Source: Candidatus Multivoradales bacterium
GTDB taxonomy: Bacteria; Acidobacteriota; Thermoanaerobaculia; Multivoradales; J023
Length of the DNA stretch: 64,000 bases
NCBI GenBank assembly: GCA_965248925.1
Contig: CBDFLE010000006.1
Span: 1,280,001 to 1,344,000, forward strand
Direction of reading: 5' to 3'
Below the pieces are notes generated by a model that saw nothing but the letters and a program-made list of their open reading frames with translations, had not been told where the DNA came from and searched no databases. The translations under genes were made by a program, and so were the position numbers. Numbering within the stretch: the first letter of the stretch is position 1; the number at the start of each line of letters is the position of its first letter. Shown piece by piece: positions 61,401 to 64,000 of the stretch.

Positions 61401-63477
61401 CACCGCCTTCGATCTGAGCTTCGATTTCGACGCCGCCGGCCGACTGATCAGAGTCCTCGAATCGAGCAATGGCGCGGGGAGCACCCCGCGTCTGCAGAAG
61501 CAGTTCCGCTACGCCCGCGCCAACTCTGGCAGCGACCACCGGGCCGGGAAGCTGGTGCAGACCGTGCGCCACAACTGGGTCGACATTCAGAGCCCCCTGG
61601 CCCCCGAGCCCGGCTCCCTCGACGTCAAGCTCTCCGAGAGCTTCCGCTACACCGGTCGTCAGGGCCTGATGTCGGAGAAGCAGACCCGCTACCAATTCTT
61701 CGCCGGCAACTACGCCTTTACCACCGGCTTCGCCTTCGACACCCAGGGCAATCTGTCACAACTCGACTACCCCAGCTGCCAGCACGCCGACGGTGGCTGC
61801 GCCACCAACGATCCGCAGCGCACGGTGAATTTCAACTACGAGAAGGGTATGCTGAGGTCCGTGCCTGGATTCGCCAACAACCTCACCTACCAGAGCGGTG
61901 GCATGCTGCATCAGCTCGCCCACAGCGATGGTGTAGTCGACAGCCAAGAAGTCAGCAGCTTGAACGGCCTCGCCCGGCCGCACCAGCTGACCACCTCTGC
62001 GGGCTGGAGCAGCGGTAACTTCGCCTACGACGGAGCTGGAAATATCTCCGCCATTGGCAACTTGGCGTACCGCTATGACCGCCTCGGCAGGTTGATCTCC
62101 GGCCAGACCTCCGTCGGTGCCACCCTCTTCACCCAGACCGCGAGCTTCGACAATTTCGGCAACATCCAGCAACTATCAACACCCGGTTTCGCGGCTCTCA
62201 ACCTCAACCCCAGCGCCACCACCAACCGCCTCGGCCTCTCAGGCGCTCAGTACGACGCTGCCGGCAATCTGACCGACATCACCCTCGGCAGCGAGAGCTT
62301 CGACTACGCCTTCGACGGCGCCAACATGATGAAGCACCTGCGCTCGAACACCGATCAAGCGCGGGTCTTCATCTACAACGCCAGCGACGAGCGGATCCTC
62401 ACCTTCGACTGCTTCGGCCCCGGCGCCACCAGCACTTGCACCACCCAGCCCGCCAGCCTCACCTGGACCCTGCGCGGGCTCGGCAATGAGGTCCTGCGGG
62501 TCTACGATCAGCCAGCTGGCGGCGCCTTCAGCTGGAGTCGAGACTACGTCCATCGCGGCGGGCAGCCCCTCGCCACCATCGAGCCCGATGGCAGCGGCGG
62601 CGAGATGACTTCGCACCTGCACCTTGATCATTTGGGTACACCTCGGCAGATCACGCGCGGTGGTCAGCAAGTGGCGTTGCACAACTACTTTCCCTTTGGT
62701 CAAGAGGCGACCAGCGCGGAGGCTGACGAGATTCAGCTGAAGTTCACCGGACATGAGCGGGACAAGACCGGGACCGGCAGCCGCTCCGAGCTGGACTATA
62801 TGCATGCTCGGCATTGCAGCCCGGTGGTGGGGCGGTTTTTGAGTGTGGATCCATCTCTGGGTAGCCGGTCCTCACCACAGAGTTGGAATCGCTTCTCTTA
62901 CGTCAGCAACAGTCCAATCAACCAGGTAGACCCGGACGGAAGGCTTGGGTTTCTGGTAACTGCATTTCTTGGCGGAGTCGTAGATGTTGGGATTCAAATT
63001 GCGAGCAACGCGCTTTCAGGGGAAGAGCTCACATCAGGCGTAGCCGGGGCTTTCGTCACCGGAGCAGTGGCTGGTGCCACAGGTCTTGGGCTATTGAAGG
63101 TGGCTGGTAGGGGAGCGAAGCTCGTAGGAGCCGTTAGAAATGCAAAGAAACTGAAGAAGTCAACTGCTGCTGCTGGCGCAGCAAGAGCGGGCGCAAGGGG
63201 AACAGCGGGAGTCGACGATCTCATCAGGGGAGCGACCAAAGGCAAGACGGGGAGGAGTCGGCAGTTCGGTAGGAACGGTGGCATTGACCAGGCCAACAAG
63301 GATTTCGACAGTCTCGTTGGTAGCGGGGCCATGAAGAGCCAGGGTGGCGGGATTAGATCGGCAAAGCTCCCTGACGGGTCGACAATCAGCGTCCGCCCCG
63401 GCAGTACTCAGGGATCCCCTACGATCCAGATCAACCCGCCTGCTGGGAAGCCGATCAAGGTGAGGTATGAAGAATAG
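58453..63477 (+). CDS. Rhs/YD-repeat polymorphic toxin with Sec signal peptide and C-terminal nuclease-like domain
   Basis: Signal peptide; YD repeats; core LDHLGTPR...YFPFG...KFTGHERD...RFLSVDP...NRFSY..NSPINQVDPDG (ends 62940); variable C-terminus. Confidence 0.95.
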   Translation: MRIRPLTFILLGLCIALPLTAQLPPSHQRGVTADTAYQIGDLDQINLFNGSLTVSLPIGITYPVGPSLSFSLTASYSSGGWEYDENHQCQDINPPFALRTYSLPIQDLKTQAGFGWRVSLGELIAPRNSPTTTPEIYVDPSGGEHRFYTELHPGGFPATPQPSTWFTNDSTYLRLRKRNPGVCELPSGTFVDQSCYTVEFSGGELHEFHNYASVGDLWRLTRMEDRFGNWINVRYANDGDWTLTDSQGRTHTVDFVGGRVATVRLEAFGSQSNSTFLFQYRTETLERQFGFRPGCVPIAEHTLTTQVLDRVVLPDGSFYEMDYLTVDNLLSGGLSKLRLPTGGAYGYDYQLFPFQTQLADLFHAPDWGTVARGVKSKHLFLDDGDTTPYATWSYTYDTANPQAPGDPLGHPCFHSMKVTDPLGFETVSYFSTVGANNRWSYGLPYTYCDPISGSFSEAGPFLSQELFNAGGTKLRSIFVEFDSDGRDAGNYNEKAHRLRYRKETFHDDGGKFREVTFSDFDGLGHFRTMTTGGNFGAADVRTSSTTYNPNSGTYIIANPDDSSIDPATDFVLPSHNARWILETWDEQSVSEGGTTEKAEFCFNSTTGFLERRRQLAGSNRQSRDVVSLLTSSNGFVTRQRVYGGDTQNLGTGSLCSLSLSGPTYRTDHVYASGSLRKSTAVDCTGTAILTLADYDIDSDTGLVATSRDAAGLGTSFTYDRLGRLTGQRPAELGWTQWTYTLPTTANPSLAPKLTEQQCQPFQTSCSGTDLMSFREHRYDGLGRRLQETVRIPVANAGQTELWHRYTTWNPRHWKTDESVWTTASAAGESRRTTYLAYDRFGRPGRVKPPEQPATFFTYQGDRVQTRRFKVQLTSGQQDTYVTEIMDGQGRLAEVCEGSSAAWSGSCGGGGLLTRYSYDDGGRLTKVCQNLSGSTCGQTRLFDYDGRGFLLSETHPEIGPSGNGRIDYRFDAGGNATSKDLIGSTAFDLSFDFDAAGRLIRVLESSNGAGSTPRLQKQFRYARANSGSDHRAGKLVQTVRHNWVDIQSPLAPEPGSLDVKLSESFRYTGRQGLMSEKQTRYQFFAGNYAFTTGFAFDTQGNLSQLDYPSCQHADGGCATNDPQRTVNFNYEKGMLRSVPGFANNLTYQSGGMLHQLAHSDGVVDSQEVSSLNGLARPHQLTTSAGWSSGNFAYDGAGNISAIGNLAYRYDRLGRLISGQTSVGATLFTQTASFDNFGNIQQLSTPGFAALNLNPSATTNRLGLSGAQYDAAGNLTDITLGSESFDYAFDGANMMKHLRSNTDQARVFIYNASDERILTFDCFGPGATSTCTTQPASLTWTLRGLGNEVLRVYDQPAGGAFSWSRDYVHRGGQPLATIEPDGSGGEMTSHLHLDHLGTPRQITRGGQQVALHNYFPFGQEATSAEADEIQLKFTGHERDKTGTGSRSELDYMHARHCSPVVGRFLSVDPSLGSRSSPQSWNRFSYVSNSPINQVDPDGRLGFLVTAFLGGVVDVGIQIASNALSGEELTSGVAGAFVTGAVAGATGLGLLKVAGRGAKLVGAVRNAKKLKKSTAAAGAARAGARGTAGVDDLIRGATKGKTGRSRQFGRNGGIDQANKDFDSLVGSGAMKSQGGGIRSAKLPDGSTISVRPGSTQGSPTIQINPPAGKPIKVRYEE

Positions 63478-64000
63478 AGCCCTGAAACGCGCACCGAACG
63501 GGGCAAAAGCATCTTTGGCGGAGAAATGGCTTGAAAGAGCTCTCGACAACACCTATCAGCTTACGCGCGAGTTCCTGCGAGTTCGAGGATGGGTGGTAGT
63601 CCCGGTCGAGTCGGCACTTCATATCGATGAGCACGACGCAGAGCGTCTTGCCAGAGCGGCGTCTCTGTTAGGCAAGACGAAGCTGAGAGCTGTTCTGCTC
63701 GAAGGCTTGAAGGAGGTCAGGAGTCACCTAGAGGTAGAAGCCACGAAGGAAGGGCTACTCCTGTTTAATCGAGAGTGTGCACACTTTAACTTTGCCCTTC
63801 TCCCAGAAGATCAGTCTTTTGCAGTCATATGTACAACGGACGATTATTATCTGGTGGCCGGTTCGAAAAAGTTTGTGGAGATCGTCACAGGAAAGGAAGT
63901 CGCTGAGGCACGTTCTGACTTCGAAGTCTTCGCAAGTGACAGTTTTTGGAGTGAGCCTGAGAGGGCTCGGCTTGTTGGGGTGTGCCGACAGTATGAAAGC
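63467..64000 (+). CDS. Putative cognate immunity protein (open at the right edge)
   Basis: ATG 63467 overlaps the Rhs 3' end; MKNRALKR...GWVVVPVES...DYYLVAGSKKFVE open to the end; absent from the ORF track. Confidence 0.8.
   Translation, partial: MKNRALKRAPNGAKASLAEKWLERALDNTYQLTREFLRVRGWVVVPVESALHIDEHDAERLARAASLLGKTKLRAVLLEGLKEVRSHLEVEATKEGLLLFNRECAHFNFALLPEDQSFAVICTTDDYYLVAGSKKFVEIVTGKEVAEARSDFEVFASDSFWSEPERARLVGVCRQYES

Overview
GC-rich bacterial window, probably Acidobacteriota class Thermoanaerobaculia. That assignment is an inference from an IPTL-CTERM protein, an ECF-kinase pair, a FADGFE tail and a remnant of the 'VKVIDAC...FWV...YRNPPG' domain. Left to right: (i) a minus-strand operon of a VWA-like lipoprotein, a membrane protein and an FtsZ/tubulin-like GTPase fusion. 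The GTPase runs off the left edge and is missing from the ORF track, and the operon is divergent from an ECF sigma + Ser/Thr kinase pair. (ii) A receiver-less sigma-54 activator, tandem ppk2 genes, and a coupled small protein / nucleotidyltransferase / REase-STAND NTPase trio. (iii) argR-argG-argH, and a two-component system with a His-rich EF-hand protein. (iv) An operon of a Cys-rich secreted peptide, a propeller-like protein and a carboxypeptidase-regulatory-like repeat protein. (v) A decayed integrative element between two direct IS701 copies, carrying an intact 7x GEVED IPTL-CTERM surface protein. (vi) An acyl-CoA ligase and a histidine phosphatase. (vii) Three tandem paralogous cassettes, each with a covarying three-hairpin leader, a secreted protein ending in CHCxxxxCGHxHC, and a terminator. 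(viii) REC-DUF4388 proteins (one fused to DegV), an ABC exporter and a carbamoyltransferase/SGNH-like/GT-C cluster. (ix) An Rhs toxin with a signal peptide plus its immunity gene. Many genes are pseudogenised. No CRISPR, tRNA or rRNA was seen. All family calls are by motif recognition, with no database searches.
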